Assembly (NCBI RefSeq): GCF_006345805.1
Contig: NC_043016.1
Location: 8,432,001 to 8,496,000, forward strand
From: Octopus sinensis
Lineage: Eukaryota
DNA: 64,000 nucleotides
Direction of reading: 5' to 3'
A program made the translations under genes and the position numbers. Below the pieces are notes generated by a model. It made no database searches. It was not told the DNA's origin and saw only the letters and a program-made list of their open reading frames with translations. Shown in pieces: positions 63,726 through 64,000 of the stretch. Each line of letters starts with the position of its first letter. Positions within the stretch are counted from its first letter, which is position 1.

Positions 63726-64000
63726 CATCATCATCATCATCATCATCATCATCGTTTAACGTCCGTTTTCCATGCTAGCACGGGTTGGATGGTTCGACTG
63801 GGGTCTGGAAAGCCAGGAGGCTGCACCAGGCTCCAGTCTGATCTGGCAGTGCTTCTACAGTTGGATGCCCTTCCTAACACCAACCACTTCGTGAGTGTAG
63901 TGGATGCTTTTTACATGCCACCGGCACAGGTGCCAGGGGAGGCTGGCAACGGCCACGATCAGTTGGTGCTTTTTACGTGCCACCGGCACAGAAGCCAGTC
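63725..64000 (-). mobile_element. Family D element, runs off the window
   Basis: (CAT)n tail followed by the family D body. Confidence 0.8.

Overview
AT-rich, microsatellite-saturated eukaryotic DNA with one 100-N gap (3487-3586). The repeat families look like Octopus (recognised from memory, not searched). Most of the window is TE debris: three tRNA-headed SINE families, four non-autonomous Helitron families, RTE/CR1/Tx1 LINE 3' ends, Tc1/mariner remnants and piggyBac-type MITEs. No host protein-coding gene could be firmly assembled; only weak candidate exons are given. The main hidden signal is 11 minimal type I hammerhead-ribozyme motifs from about 8 unrelated Penelope-like (PLE) families. 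Most sit beside (TA)n/(CA)n tracts, most have palindromic or near-palindromic stem III, and one family has a conserved non-canonical CUGU core. One hammerhead is linked to a PLE GIY-YIG C-terminus whose only internal stop is a TGA at a conserved Cys position (possible selenocysteine, Naiad-like). A second signal is a SINE that forms head-to-tail multimers with a fixed junction and often sits before GGTA. Repeats right of about 40.5 kb are CpG-depleted, suggesting a methylated gene body.
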